From: Verrucomicrobiota bacterium
GTDB lineage: Bacteria; Verrucomicrobiota; Lentisphaeria; Lentisphaerales; Lentisphaeraceae
Length of the DNA: 36,461 nt
Reading direction: 5' to 3'
NCBI GenBank assembly: GCA_039798785.1
Contig: JBDKFG010000050.1
Coordinates: 1 to 36,461 of the forward strand
Shown here one piece after another: positions 16,846 to 30,344 of this stretch. The translations under genes and the position numbers were made by a program. Each line of letters opens with the position of its first letter. The first letter of the stretch is position 1. The notes beneath the pieces are model-generated. The model was not told where the DNA came from. It did no database searches and saw nothing but the letters and a program-made list of their open reading frames with translations.

Positions 16846-18339
16846 TCAATTGCGACTCTCAGGCTTCCCTCCCGGTTCGACGAGCGGGGGCGACTGTGGA
16901 AGGTCGGGGATGTCGATTCCAAATGGATCAAAGTACGCTCGGGAAAACTGACTATACCATTTGATCCCGGTCCTCCCGTCTTCATCCCTGATCAGCTCAA
17001 AATTCGGACACGGCCGGCCCAGACGCTGGTAGCGATCTCGCATCTCTTCCAAAATCGCCCGCAGCTCTTCCTTGGACACGGATTGCCGCCCCTTGAGCTT
17101 CGTCCTCAATTCCTCGCTGAAGTCGGAAATCGCCCACCCCGCCCGCCGCACCGAATTCCCGCCTTCCTGCCACATCGGCAGATGCAACTGAATCACGAGA
17201 AGGACCGAGGTGATCAAAAAGCCTAGGAAGACCGCCAAGGCGAAGCGATGGCGCTTGTGCCACAGCGGCAGATAGACGAAGGCGCCGAACATCATCAGGA
17301 GAAGGCCGCAGACCCAAGGGCCGATGCCGACATATTGGTTGATCCGGCCAGTGATCGCCGGGCCGAAAGACACCGCCATGTCCTCCTGCATGTCGGCGAC
17401 ACTGAGCTCGCCTTCGAGAGCGCTGAAATGACTGCCGGCGGGAACGAAGGAGCGCAAGGCGGGAGGAACTCTCTCCGCCTCGGCACTGGCGCTGCCAAGC
17501 AGCTTCAAACCTTCGACCTCCGCCGTCCCGGGCCCGGCGATGAAAAGCCGCAAGTTCAGCGGCCCGAGCGCCGCCGCTCCAGTGAGCCGCATCGGATAGA
17601 TCGGCGACTCGACCGGGAAGCGGAAACACAGGGTCTTCGCGGCACTTTTCCCCGCGGCGACCCGGCTGAGACGACAGGTGGTGATGAACCACTTCTTCTC
17701 CAGCAGAACCGCCAGGACGGCGCGACACTTCTCCGGCACCTGGAAGCCGCGCGGCTCCATCCAAGCCATCAGATCCTTGAGATTGCGAGCTTCGAGGACC
17801 ACGACCTCGACGCCATCAATCGTCTTGCGATCATGCACCAGGACGCCTTTCTCGGGATCCGTCGGATCACCCGCGCCGCCGAGCGCCGGCATCAACATCG
17901 CCGCGAAGACCATCAAGATCAAGGCCAAGACGATGATCTCAAAGCCGCCCAAGGACTTACCACGCTGACGGAAGACCATTCTACTCAGCAACAAGAGCAG
18001 CGGCAGGAGCAGGATGATGATACCTCCCCAGGGCGCCGGCAGCCAGGTCTTGGTGGCGCCGAGGAGCTGCGCCTGTTCCGCCATCAGACCGGCGGGGGCC
18101 GGACTCACTACAGTGCGAGACGGGGTCGGCACGATCCAGCAATAATCCCCCTCCCCTGCGGCCGCGACAAAACGGGTCTCGATCGCCAAGTGCTCGGTCT
18201 TGGTCTTGGCGTCCCAGGTGAGCACCGCCTGCTGATCCGGCATCGAGGGCATCGCCTCGACCTTGGGGATAACGCAGCCGTCAGCGCGGGCGAGAAGCTG
18301 GAAAGAAAAGATGAGAAGCAAACATAGCAGGCGGGTCAT
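16846..18339 (-). CDS. DUF2330-like secreted/membrane protein
   Basis: Signal peptide ending LARA-DG, then QQAVLTWD...EHLAIETRF, WIVPTPS, L.AWM...GF, PIYPMRLT; internal and C-terminal TM pairs. Confidence 0.7.
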   Translation of the reverse strand: MTRLLCLLLIFSFQLLARADGCVIPKVEAMPSMPDQQAVLTWDAKTKTEHLAIETRFVAAAGEGDYCWIVPTPSRTVVSPAPAGLMAEQAQLLGATKTWLPAPWGGIIILLLPLLLLLSRMVFRQRGKSLGGFEIIVLALILMVFAAMLMPALGGAGDPTDPEKGVLVHDRKTIDGVEVVVLEARNLKDLMAWMEPRGFQVPEKCRAVLAVLLEKKWFITTCRLSRVAAGKSAAKTLCFRFPVESPIYPMRLTGAAALGPLNLRLFIAGPGTAEVEGLKLLGSASAEAERVPPALRSFVPAGSHFSALEGELSVADMQEDMAVSFGPAITGRINQYVGIGPWVCGLLLMMFGAFVYLPLWHKRHRFALAVFLGFLITSVLLVIQLHLPMWQEGGNSVRRAGWAISDFSEELRTKLKGRQSVSKEELRAILEEMRDRYQRLGRPCPNFELIRDEDGRTGIKWYSQFSRAYFDPFGIDIPDLPQSPPLVEPGGKPESRN

Positions 18340-18367
18340 GGGGGAAATCCTTTAAAGTCGACCCGTG

Positions 18368-18397
18368 ATTATACGCCCAAGGAAGGGGCAATTACAA
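18368..18397 (-). promoter_or_regulatory. Putative sigma70 promoter for the DUF2330-like gene
   Basis: TTGTAA-N18-TATAAT. Confidence 0.5.
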
Positions 18398-18491
18398 GCG
18401 CCGTCTCATGCGAAGAACGCGAAGAGAGGACAAGGAAGCTGCAGTCAAACACCGCGGAATGAGTCCGCCTCGGGGTGAGGTAGAAATACTC

Positions 18492-18962
18492 TCAACCCCG
18501 GCGCTTGAGGAAATCGCGATTCTGTCCCGGCTCAAGTCGCAGTGCAGGACGTTCCTCGAGCTGCCTACGGAGATTCGCCACGGCACTCTCCAAAGCTTGC
18601 CGCAAAGCCCCTTTCCGGAAAGCGAATTTGCGCCTCTGATCAAGATCGCGCCACTCCACGACATCACCCACATGCCTCACCTTGACCCCCTTCCACATGC
18701 CACCACAGCTTGGTGCGCCGCATTCACAGGTCCAGATGAAGAAGCAGCCGCCCTCGTCCAAACTGCGCTCAAGCTGCTCAAGATCCAACGGCCCCTGATC
18801 GTAGAGGGACAAGAAAACATCATCCACCATCAGAAAGGGGAAAAGTGCATCGGCATCTCCCTCCACCGGCTCGGAGATGATTTCGACGCGTTGCGCCACG
18901 TCGACCGGCGAAGACCAGCGGCCCTCGGTCAAGCGCTCCAGCCAAGTGAATTGGCGCCCCAT
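18492..18962 (-). CDS. Hypothetical protein with Cys cluster (WTCECGAPSC)
   Basis: 156-aa ORF, GAAGGA SD, same strand as neighbours. Confidence 0.7.
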   Translation of the reverse strand: MGRQFTWLERLTEGRWSSPVDVAQRVEIISEPVEGDADALFPFLMVDDVFLSLYDQGPLDLEQLERSLDEGGCFFIWTCECGAPSCGGMWKGVKVRHVGDVVEWRDLDQRRKFAFRKGALRQALESAVANLRRQLEERPALRLEPGQNRDFLKRRG

Positions 18963-18972
18963 GTCCTTCCCC

Positions 18973-19039
18973 CCTTCGTGCCCTTCGTCCCTTCGTGGTG
19001 AAGCCCGTCATCCCTTCGCGTCCTTCGCGGCTTCGCGTG
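18973..19039. repeat. Short tandem CTTCG(T/C)G triplet repeats, two blocks
   Basis: ccttcgtgcccttcgtcccttcgtggtg and ccttcgcgtccttcgcggcttcgcgtg. Confidence 0.75.
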
Positions 19040-19051
19040 CCCCCCACTCCC

Positions 19052-20362
19052 TCACTCGACCAAGGTCCCGGTGACGAAGTCGGCGGTGACTGAGTCAAGC
19101 CGGACCTTCGCCAGGCAGTTCTCGAGCGAGTAGCCGGGATCGGCGACCGCGACGCGGATGAAGTTGGCGGTGTAGCCGCTCCAGAATCCATCGGCGAGCG
19201 ACTCGAAAAGGACGGTCATTTCGCGACCGAGGAAGCTTTTCTGGAATTCCTCCCGGCGGCGCTCGGAAAGTCGACGCAAGACGGCATTACGACGCTGTTT
19301 CACCGGCTCCTCGACCTTGCCCGACATCTTCTCCGCCGGGGTGCCGGGACGTTCGCTGAAGGTGAAGACGTGGAAGTAGGCGACCGGCGCCTGGGCGAGA
19401 AATTCCGCGGTCTCCGCAAAGGCGTCGTCGTCCTCGCCGGCCATGCCGACCATGACGTCGGTGCCGACGCAGAGATCGGGGACGCGGGCGGCGGCGTCCT
19501 GGACGAAGGCGAGCCATTCGCCGCGGCTGTAGCGGCGCTTCATGATCTCGAGCACCTTGTCCGAACCCGACTGGAGCGGCAGGTGCAGGTAGGGGACGAG
19601 CGGGTGGGCGGGATCGGCCATCCGGGTCAGTAGGCCGTCGGGGATGGTGGTGGGCTCAATTGAGCTGATCCGGATACGCACGCCGGGGGCGTTGGCGGCG
19701 ACCGCGTCGACAACGCCGACGATGTCGCAGCCGGAGTTGTCGTAGGTGCCGACGTTGACGCCGGTGAGAATGATTTCCTTGAAGCCCTGGGCGTGGAGGG
19801 CGCGGGCTTCTTCGACCAGGTTGGCAAGATCGCGAGAGCGGGCGCGTCCCCGGGCCATCGGGATGATGCAGAAGGTGCACATGAAGTCGCAGCCGTCCTG
19901 GATCTTCAGGTTGGCGCGGGTGCGGGAATCCGATTGGCCGATGGTGTCGATGACGAAGTCCTCGCGGACGATGCGGTCGCGGATGACCAAGGGCGTGTCG
20001 TTCTTGCCGAGCTTGACGTAATCAAGGACTTGCAGCTTATCCTGGTTGCCGATGATCAGGTCGACGCCGGGGATCTCGGCGATCTGCTTGTAGCCCATCT
20101 GCGAGTAGCAGCCGACGACGGCGACGAAGGCGCCGGGGTTGCGGCGGACGAAGGCTCGGATCGAGGCGCGGCAGTCGCTGTCGGCCTTGGAGGTGACGGT
20201 GCAGGTGTTGATGATGGCGAGATCCGCCTGGTCCTTGAAGTCGGCGAGGTCCCAGCCGCGGTCTTCGAGACCTTTCTCCATGATCGAGGATTCCGCCTGG
20301 TTGAGGCGGCAGCCGAGGGTATGGACCGCAGCACGCGGCTTGGAGGGTTCGGAGCTATTCAT
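19052..20362 (-). CDS. mtaB: tRNA t6A37 methylthiotransferase MtaB (radical SAM)
   Basis: TLGCRLNQAES, INTCTVT, VVGCYSQ, LKIQDGCDFMCTFCIIP..RG..RSR, HLPLQSG, HVFTFSERPGT, GYT.N(F)IRV. Start placed at MNSSEP. Confidence 0.9.
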   Translation of the reverse strand: MNSSEPSKPRAAVHTLGCRLNQAESSIMEKGLEDRGWDLADFKDQADLAIINTCTVTSKADSDCRASIRAFVRRNPGAFVAVVGCYSQMGYKQIAEIPGVDLIIGNQDKLQVLDYVKLGKNDTPLVIRDRIVREDFVIDTIGQSDSRTRANLKIQDGCDFMCTFCIIPMARGRARSRDLANLVEEARALHAQGFKEIILTGVNVGTYDNSGCDIVGVVDAVAANAPGVRIRISSIEPTTIPDGLLTRMADPAHPLVPYLHLPLQSGSDKVLEIMKRRYSRGEWLAFVQDAAARVPDLCVGTDVMVGMAGEDDDAFAETAEFLAQAPVAYFHVFTFSERPGTPAEKMSGKVEEPVKQRRNAVLRRLSERRREEFQKSFLGREMTVLFESLADGFWSGYTANFIRVAVADPGYSLENCLAKVRLDSVTADFVTGTLVE

Positions 20363-20434
20363 CGACAAGGCTTTCCGTGGGGTTTTTGAAGGCGGCAAAG
20401 GTAATCCTGTGCGGCGGCGGCGCAAGGCGGGGGC

Positions 20435-20680
20435 ATTGAAGATTCAAAATTCAAAAGTCAAGATTCAAGATTAGCCAGCAAAGGGAAATTCAATATTCAA
20501 AATTCAAGATTCAAGATTCAATCAAGATGCAGCTCCTTGAGCTCAAAGTGCGCGTGACTCCGAAGGGTGCAGCTCGCGGTATCAACCGGGATCAAGCGCC
20601 CTTCCCTTCTTCCATCTTGAATCTTCCCTGTCGTTCTTCGCTCCTTCTTGAATTTTGAATCTGGAATTTTAAATCTTAAA
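20435..20680. repeat. Inverted arrays of heptamer ATTCAA(G/A) / (C/T)TTGAAT
   Basis: About 5+5 copies forward (20435-20470, 20488-20529) and about 6 reverse-complement copies (20613-20680) around a GC-rich spacer. Confidence 0.85.
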
Positions 20681-20714
20681 CACCGAAATCCCGCTCCTTG
20701 CGGGGCGGGATTTC
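20678..20714 (-). terminator. Probable terminator after rpsG
   Basis: GAAATCCCGCCCC-GCAA-GGAGCGGGATTTC hairpin then GGTGTTT on the minus strand. Confidence 0.7.
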
Positions 20715-20736
20715 GAGACAGCGACTAATCAGGAGA

Positions 20737-21207
20737 TCAGAAGCGGTAGTGGGCGAAGGCCTTGTTGGCGGCGGCCATCTTGTGAGTTTCGTCTTTCTTC
20801 TTGACAGCGTTGCCGGTGTTGTTGAAGGCGTCGACGAGCTCTTGACCGAGGCAGATAGCCATCGGCTTGCCCTTCTTGTTGCGGGCGTAGTTGACAATCC
20901 AGCGCATCGCGAGGGAGATCTGGCGCTCGGGAATGATTTCGACCGGGACCTGGTAGTTGGCACCACCGACGCGGCGGGACTTGACCTGGACGACGGGGCG
21001 GCAGTTTTCGATCGCCTGGATGAAGGACTCGACCGGATTGCGGTCGGGGACTTTCTTGCCGAGGGTGTCAAGGGCGGTGTAGACGATGGCTTCGGCGGTC
21101 GACTTCTTGCCGGAGAACATCACGCAGTTGACGAGGCGGGTGACGAGTTCGGAATTGTAGATGGCGTCGGGGGTGACCGGGCGCTTGATGGCTTTGTGCT
21201 TACGCAT
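20737..21207 (-). CDS. rpsG: 30S ribosomal protein S7
   Basis: GKKSTAE.IVY, VKSRRVGGANYQVP, HKMAAANKAFAHYRF. Confidence 0.99.
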   Translation of the reverse strand: MRKHKAIKRPVTPDAIYNSELVTRLVNCVMFSGKKSTAEAIVYTALDTLGKKVPDRNPVESFIQAIENCRPVVQVKSRRVGGANYQVPVEIIPERQISLAMRWIVNYARNKKGKPMAICLGQELVDAFNNTGNAVKKKDETHKMAAANKAFAHYRF

Positions 21208-21224
21208 GTGTGATCAGCCTTCGA

Positions 21225-21629
21225 TTATTTCTTCTTGCCGGCGGCAGCAGCCTGACCGGGTTTGGGACGCTTGGAGCCGTAGCAGGAGCGGCTCTGACGA
21301 CGCTTGTCGACGCCGAGGCAGTCGAGGGCGCCACGGACGACGTGGTAGCGAACACCGGGAAGGTCGCGGACGCGGCCGCCGCGGACGAGGACGACCGAGT
21401 GTTCCTGGAGGTTATGGCCTTCGCCGCCGATGTAGGCGGTGACTTCTTCGCCGTTGGTCAGACGCACGCGGCAGACTTTACGGAGAGCGGAGTTGGGCTT
21501 CTTGGGGGTGCGGGTCATGACCTGGGTGCAGACGCCGCGGCGCTGCGGGCAGGCTTCGAGGGCGCGCGACTTGGATTTGGTCGGCTTCTCGGAGCGGCCC
21601 TTGCGAACGAGCTGGTTGATGGTGGGCAT
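21225..21629 (-). CDS. rpsL: 30S ribosomal protein S12
   Basis: [37 protein letters not shown]. Confidence 0.99.
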   Translation of the reverse strand: MPTINQLVRKGRSEKPTKSKSRALEACPQRRGVCTQVMTRTPKKPNSALRKVCRVRLTNGEEVTAYIGGEGHNLQEHSVVLVRGGRVRDLPGVRYHVVRGALDCLGVDKRRQSRSCYGSKRPKPGQAAAAGKKK

Positions 21630-21676
21630 CTCGATGTATCCTGATTTTCTGGACGGTTGGGGAAAAAAGGCCTCTC

Positions 21677-21704
21677 ATGGTAGTGCTTCTTCGGCCTATG
21701 TCAA
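21677..21704 (-). promoter_or_regulatory. Putative sigma70 promoter for rpsL-rpsG
   Basis: TTGACA-N16-TACCAT. Confidence 0.65.
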
Positions 21705-21734
21705 GACCGGAGAAGCACATTCCTTGAGATTTCT

Positions 21735-25988
<4,254 letters not shown>

Positions 25989-26007
25989 TGAGCTTCCTTA
26001 GCTGATA

Positions 26008-29000
26008 TCAGTCGCGTTTGACTCGGACATCCAGGCAGAGTGCCTGCATCTCTTTCATCAACACATTGAAGGACTCGGGAACGCCGGCGACGAGGGTGTT
26101 GTCGCCTCGGACGATCGACTCGTAGATCCGGGTGCGTCCTTCGACGTCATCGGATTTGACGGTGAGCATCTCTTGCAGCGTATAGGCGGCGCCGTAGGCT
26201 TCGAGGGCCCACACTTCCATTTCACCGAAGCGCTGACCACCGTGCTGGGCTTTACCGCCGAGAGGCTGCTGGGTGACGAGGGAGTAGGGACCGACGGCAC
26301 GGGCGTGGATCTTGTTGACAACCAAGTGGTCAAGCTTGATCATGTACATGATGCCGACGGTGACGCGCTGGGCGAAGGGCTCGCCGTTGCGTCCGTCGAA
26401 GAGGACGGTCTTGCCGTCTTCCGGCAGGCCCGCTTCACGGAGATATTCGTGGATCTTCGATTCGTGGCAGCCGTCGAAGACGGGCGACGCGAACTTCTTG
26501 CCGAGCTTGACCGCTGCCATGCCGAGGTGAGTCTCGAGGATCTGACCGACGTTCATACGCGAAGGAACGCCGAGGGGGTTGAGGATCATGTCGACGCACT
26601 GACCGTCCTTCTGGAAGGGCATGTCCGCTTCGGGAACGATGATCGAGACGATACCCTTGTTACCGTGTCGGCCGGCCATCTTGTCACCGACGTCAAGCTT
26701 GCGCTTGGCGGCGATATAGACCTTGACCTGCTTGATCACGCCTTGTTCCTGGCCTTCCGCGTTGTCAAGCTGCTCGATCTGCTCCTGGTGGCGCAGATTG
26801 ATGTCCTTGAGGCGGCCGGCGTAGGAGCGCATGACCTCTTCGATCTGGTTCTTGTGGGGACCGTCAGGCATGGTGTAGTCTTCGTGGTGACCGGCCAGCT
26901 TGCGGAGGAGAACCTTGGTGATCTTGCGGTTGGCGGGAATGATCACCGACTCGTCGGAACGGGCAATGACGTCGCAGGGGAGCTTCGAACCGAGGAGGAT
27001 GGTGCCGAGCTTCTCGGACAGATCGTCCTGGAACTCGGTGATCGCAGTCTTCCACTGGGTCTCGAGCTCTTTGCGCTGACGCTTGATGTCCGCCTTGCTA
27101 AGGGTGGCCTTGGAGGGGTCGACCTTGCGCTCGATCCGGATGTCGGAAACGATGCCGTTGACACCTTGGGGAACGTAGAGCGACGAGTCCTTGACGTCGG
27201 CGGCCTTGTCGCCGAAGATGGCGCGGAGGAGGCGTTCTTCGGGGGCGAGTTCGGTTTCCGACTTGGGGGTGATCTTGCCGACCAGGATGTCGCCGGGCTT
27301 GACTTCGGCGCCGAGGCGGATGACGCCTTCGGGGCCGAGGTTGCGCAGGGCTTCTTCGCCGACGTTGGGGGTGTCGCGGGTGATCTCTTCCGGACCCAGC
27401 TTGGTGTCACGAGCCTGGATGTTGGCTTCGTTGATGTGAATCGAGGTGAAGATGTCTTCCTTGACGATGCGCTCGGAGATGATGATGGCGTCTTCGAAGT
27501 TGTAGCCGTTCCAGGGCATGAAGGCGACGAGAACGTTGCGTCCGAGAGCGAGTTCGCCCTTCTCGGTGGAGAAGCCGTCGGCGAGGACGTCGCCTTTCTT
27601 GACCTTGTCGCCGGCCTTCACGATCGGCTTCGAGTTGACACAGGTGTTGGCGTTGGAGCGCATGAACTTGTGCAGTTCATAGACACCGCAGCCGAGAGCG
27701 ACAAGCTGGTCGGAGGCCTTCTGGCGATCCTTGCCCATCTTTTCGCGGCCGCGCGCTTCAGCGTGGATGGCGGCATCATAGAGCTCGAGAGCGGCGGTGG
27801 CGTCTTTCGACAGCTGGCCGTTCTTGGTGACGATGATGCGGAAGGATGTCGAGGAGGCGACGACGCCATCTTCGTTGGCGACGGTGACGGCGCGGGAGCC
27901 GCGGGCGATGACCGACTCCATGCCGGTACCGACATAGGGCGAGTCGGCGATCAGGAGAGGCACGGCCTGGCGCTGCATGTTTGAACCCATCAAGGCGCGG
28001 TTCGCGTCATCGTGCTCCAGGAAGGGGATGCACGAAGTGGCAGGCGAGACCAGCTGCTTCGGCGAGACGTCCATGTGAGAAACCTTCTCACGCTCGATTT
28101 CGAGCGATTCGCCGCGGTTGCGGGAAAGGACGAAGTCGCCGGTGAGCTGCTTCTTGGCGTCGAGCTTGGCGTTGGCCTGGGCGATGACGAACTCCTCTTC
28201 GACGTCGGCGGTGACGTAGTCGGCCTTGTCGGCAACCTTGCCCTCGGTGACCTTGCGGTAGGGTGTCTCGATGAAGCCGTACTTGTTGACCTTGGCGTAA
28301 ATGGCCAGGGAGGAGATAAGACCGATGTTCGGACCTTCAGGAGTCTCGATCGGGCAGATCCGGCCGTAGTGCGACGAGTGGACGTCGCGGACTTCGAAGC
28401 CGGCGCGTTCGCGGGAGAGGCCGCCCGGGCCGAGGGCCGAGAGACGGCGCTTGGCGGTGAGCTCCGACAGGGGGTTGATCTGATCCATGAATTGGGACAG
28501 CTGGCTGCGTCCGAAGAAGTCGCGGATGACCGACTGAAGGGCTTTCGGATTGACGAGTTTGCCGGGTGTGAGCGTGCCGGATTCCTTGTCGATCAGGGTC
28601 ATACGCTCGCGGATCAGGCGCTCGGTGCGGGCGAGGCCGACGCGGAACTGGTTCTGGACCAGTTCGCCGACAGTACGGACACGACGCGAGCCGAGGTGGT
28701 CGATGTCATCCGTACGGCCTTTGCCGCCGCGGAGTTCCATCAGCTTGCGGGTGGCGGCGACCAGGTCATCGACCTGGAGGGTCCGCTTGTCGGCTTCGAG
28801 CTTGGTGCCGAGTCGCTGATTGATCTTGTAGCGCCCGACGGTGCCGAGGTCGTAGGACTTGACATCGAAGAAGAGGCGGCGGAGCAGCTCTTCGGCGTTT
28901 TTAAGGTTCGGGGGATCGCCCGGACGCATCTTTTTGTAGATGTGCTTGAGGGCGTCTTCGCGGTTGACCGTGGGGTCTTTTTCGAGTGCCTGGATGAAGG

Positions 29001-29856
29001 TGCTGCCGATGACTGAAGTGTCGACGATGTCGATCTTCTTCTTGCCTGCCTTGTTGAGGGCTTCGGCGACCGGCTGGGTCAGGGGTTCGAGCCCCTTGGC
29101 GAGGACCGTGCCTTCATCATCGAGGATATCCTCGACGGGGACTTTGTAGGCGAGTTTTTCCGGCTCCTGGAGGAGATTCTTGAGACTGACCGACTGGACG
29201 CCGTAGACGGCGTCAAGCATTTCCCGATTGGTCTCGAATTCGGTGGCACGGAAGAAGGTGGAGATGAGGAATTTACGACGACGACGACGGCGGTCGAGGT
29301 AGATATACATGAGGTCGTTGTTGTCGTACTGCACCTCAAGCCAGGAACCGCGGTCGGGGATGATGCGGTAGGAATAGAGGGTGCGTCCGGCGGTGCTGCG
29401 GGATTTCTCGAAGCAGATGCCGGGGGTCCGGTGGAGCTGAGAGATGATGACGCGCTCGGCGCCGTTGACCACGAAGGTGGCCTTCGGAGTCATGATGGGC
29501 AGGTCGCCCAGGTAGACCCGTTCATCGAGGACGACAGGCTTTCGGCCTTCACCTTTGATTTCCAGACGGAAGTTGACGTGTAGGGGGGCCTGGTAGGTCT
29601 CTCCGTCCTTCAGACAGTCGATGATCGCCTGCTTGGGCGAGCCGAGATCGTAGGAGACGAAGCTCAGGATGCAGTTTTCATCGAAGCTGCGGATGGGAAG
29701 GACTTCCAGGAAGGCTTCCTGGAGGCCTTTGTTCTCACGCTTGTTGGCGGGAATTTCCTCTTGCAGGAAATCTTTCCAGGAATCAAGCTGGACGGCGATC
29801 AAATCGGGGACCTCGACGGTATCTTCGAGGTGGCCTAGGTGCTGGCGTTTCGACAT
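26008..29856 (-). CDS. rpoB: RNA polymerase beta subunit
   Basis: SQLSQFMDQ, ETPEGPNIGL, GDKMAGRHGNKG, GGQRFGEMEVWALEAYGA. Confidence 0.99.
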   Translation of the reverse strand: MSKRQHLGHLEDTVEVPDLIAVQLDSWKDFLQEEIPANKRENKGLQEAFLEVLPIRSFDENCILSFVSYDLGSPKQAIIDCLKDGETYQAPLHVNFRLEIKGEGRKPVVLDERVYLGDLPIMTPKATFVVNGAERVIISQLHRTPGICFEKSRSTAGRTLYSYRIIPDRGSWLEVQYDNNDLMYIYLDRRRRRRKFLISTFFRATEFETNREMLDAVYGVQSVSLKNLLQEPEKLAYKVPVEDILDDEGTVLAKGLEPLTQPVAEALNKAGKKKIDIVDTSVIGSTFIQALEKDPTVNREDALKHIYKKMRPGDPPNLKNAEELLRRLFFDVKSYDLGTVGRYKINQRLGTKLEADKRTLQVDDLVAATRKLMELRGGKGRTDDIDHLGSRRVRTVGELVQNQFRVGLARTERLIRERMTLIDKESGTLTPGKLVNPKALQSVIRDFFGRSQLSQFMDQINPLSELTAKRRLSALGPGGLSRERAGFEVRDVHSSHYGRICPIETPEGPNIGLISSLAIYAKVNKYGFIETPYRKVTEGKVADKADYVTADVEEEFVIAQANAKLDAKKQLTGDFVLSRNRGESLEIEREKVSHMDVSPKQLVSPATSCIPFLEHDDANRALMGSNMQRQAVPLLIADSPYVGTGMESVIARGSRAVTVANEDGVVASSTSFRIIVTKNGQLSKDATAALELYDAAIHAEARGREKMGKDRQKASDQLVALGCGVYELHKFMRSNANTCVNSKPIVKAGDKVKKGDVLADGFSTEKGELALGRNVLVAFMPWNGYNFEDAIIISERIVKEDIFTSIHINEANIQARDTKLGPEEITRDTPNVGEEALRNLGPEGVIRLGAEVKPGDILVGKITPKSETELAPEERLLRAIFGDKAADVKDSSLYVPQGVNGIVSDIRIERKVDPSKATLSKADIKRQRKELETQWKTAITEFQDDLSEKLGTILLGSKLPCDVIARSDESVIIPANRKITKVLLRKLAGHHEDYTMPDGPHKNQIEEVMRSYAGRLKDINLRHQEQIEQLDNAEGQEQGVIKQVKVYIAAKRKLDVGDKMAGRHGNKGIVSIIVPEADMPFQKDGQCVDMILNPLGVPSRMNVGQILETHLGMAAVKLGKKFASPVFDGCHESKIHEYLREAGLPEDGKTVLFDGRNGEPFAQRVTVGIMYMIKLDHLVVNKIHARAVGPYSLVTQQPLGGKAQHGGQRFGEMEVWALEAYGAAYTLQEMLTVKSDDVEGRTRIYESIVRGDNTLVAGVPESFNVLMKEMQALCLDVRVKRD

Positions 29857-29898
29857 GTTGTCGGGACTCGCTTAAGGGTGGGTGAGTCAGGGGGACGC

Positions 29899-29942
29899 AA
29901 AAAGACGGTACAGGATCAGACTTTCGTCCGATCCCATACCGT
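29899..29942 (-). terminator. rplL-rpoB terminator/attenuator
   Basis: ACGGTATGGGATCGGAC-GAAA-GTCTGATCCTGTACCGT followed by CTTTTT. Confidence 0.8.
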
Positions 29943-29966
29943 GCTGCTGGTGGGCAGGTGTATCAA

Positions 29967-30329
29967 TTACTTGATGTCAACCTTGGCGCCGGCAGCTTCG
30001 AGTTCTTTCTTCCACTTCTCGGCATCAGCCTTGGGAGCGGCTTCTTTGATGGGCTTGGGAGCGGCTTCGACGAGGTCTTTGGCATCCTTCAGGCCCAGGC
30101 CGGTGATGGCGCGGACGATCTTGATGACTTCGATCTTGTTGGCGCCGGCGGCGGCCAGGATGACGTCGAATTCGGTCTTCTCTTCGACCACGGCGGCGGC
30201 AACGGCGGGGCCGGCGACGGCGACGGCGGCGGCGCTGACGCCCCACTTGGTCTCGAGTTCCTTGACGAGGGCGGTGATCTCAGCGACGGTGAGTTTGTCG
30301 AGAGCGGCGATGATTTCGGTGGCGGACAT
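29967..30329 (-). CDS. rplL: 50S ribosomal protein L7/L12
   Basis: [32 protein letters not shown]. Second ATG (30329) has the better GGAG spacing; 30335 is the alternative. Confidence 0.99.
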   Translation of the reverse strand: MSATEIIAALDKLTVAEITALVKELETKWGVSAAAVAVAGPAVAAAVVEEKTEFDVILAAAGANKIEVIKIVRAITGLGLKDAKDLVEAAPKPIKEAAPKADAEKWKKELEAAGAKVDIK

Positions 30330-30344
30330 GTGCATAGTCTCCGA

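Noticed and set aside
18408..19001. 197-aa + strand ORF
   Set aside because: Overlaps the minus-strand ORF that has an SD, a Cys motif and the same orientation as its neighbours.
20435..20680. Possible CRISPR array
   Set aside because: Units are 7 bp with no unique spacers, and there are no cas genes.
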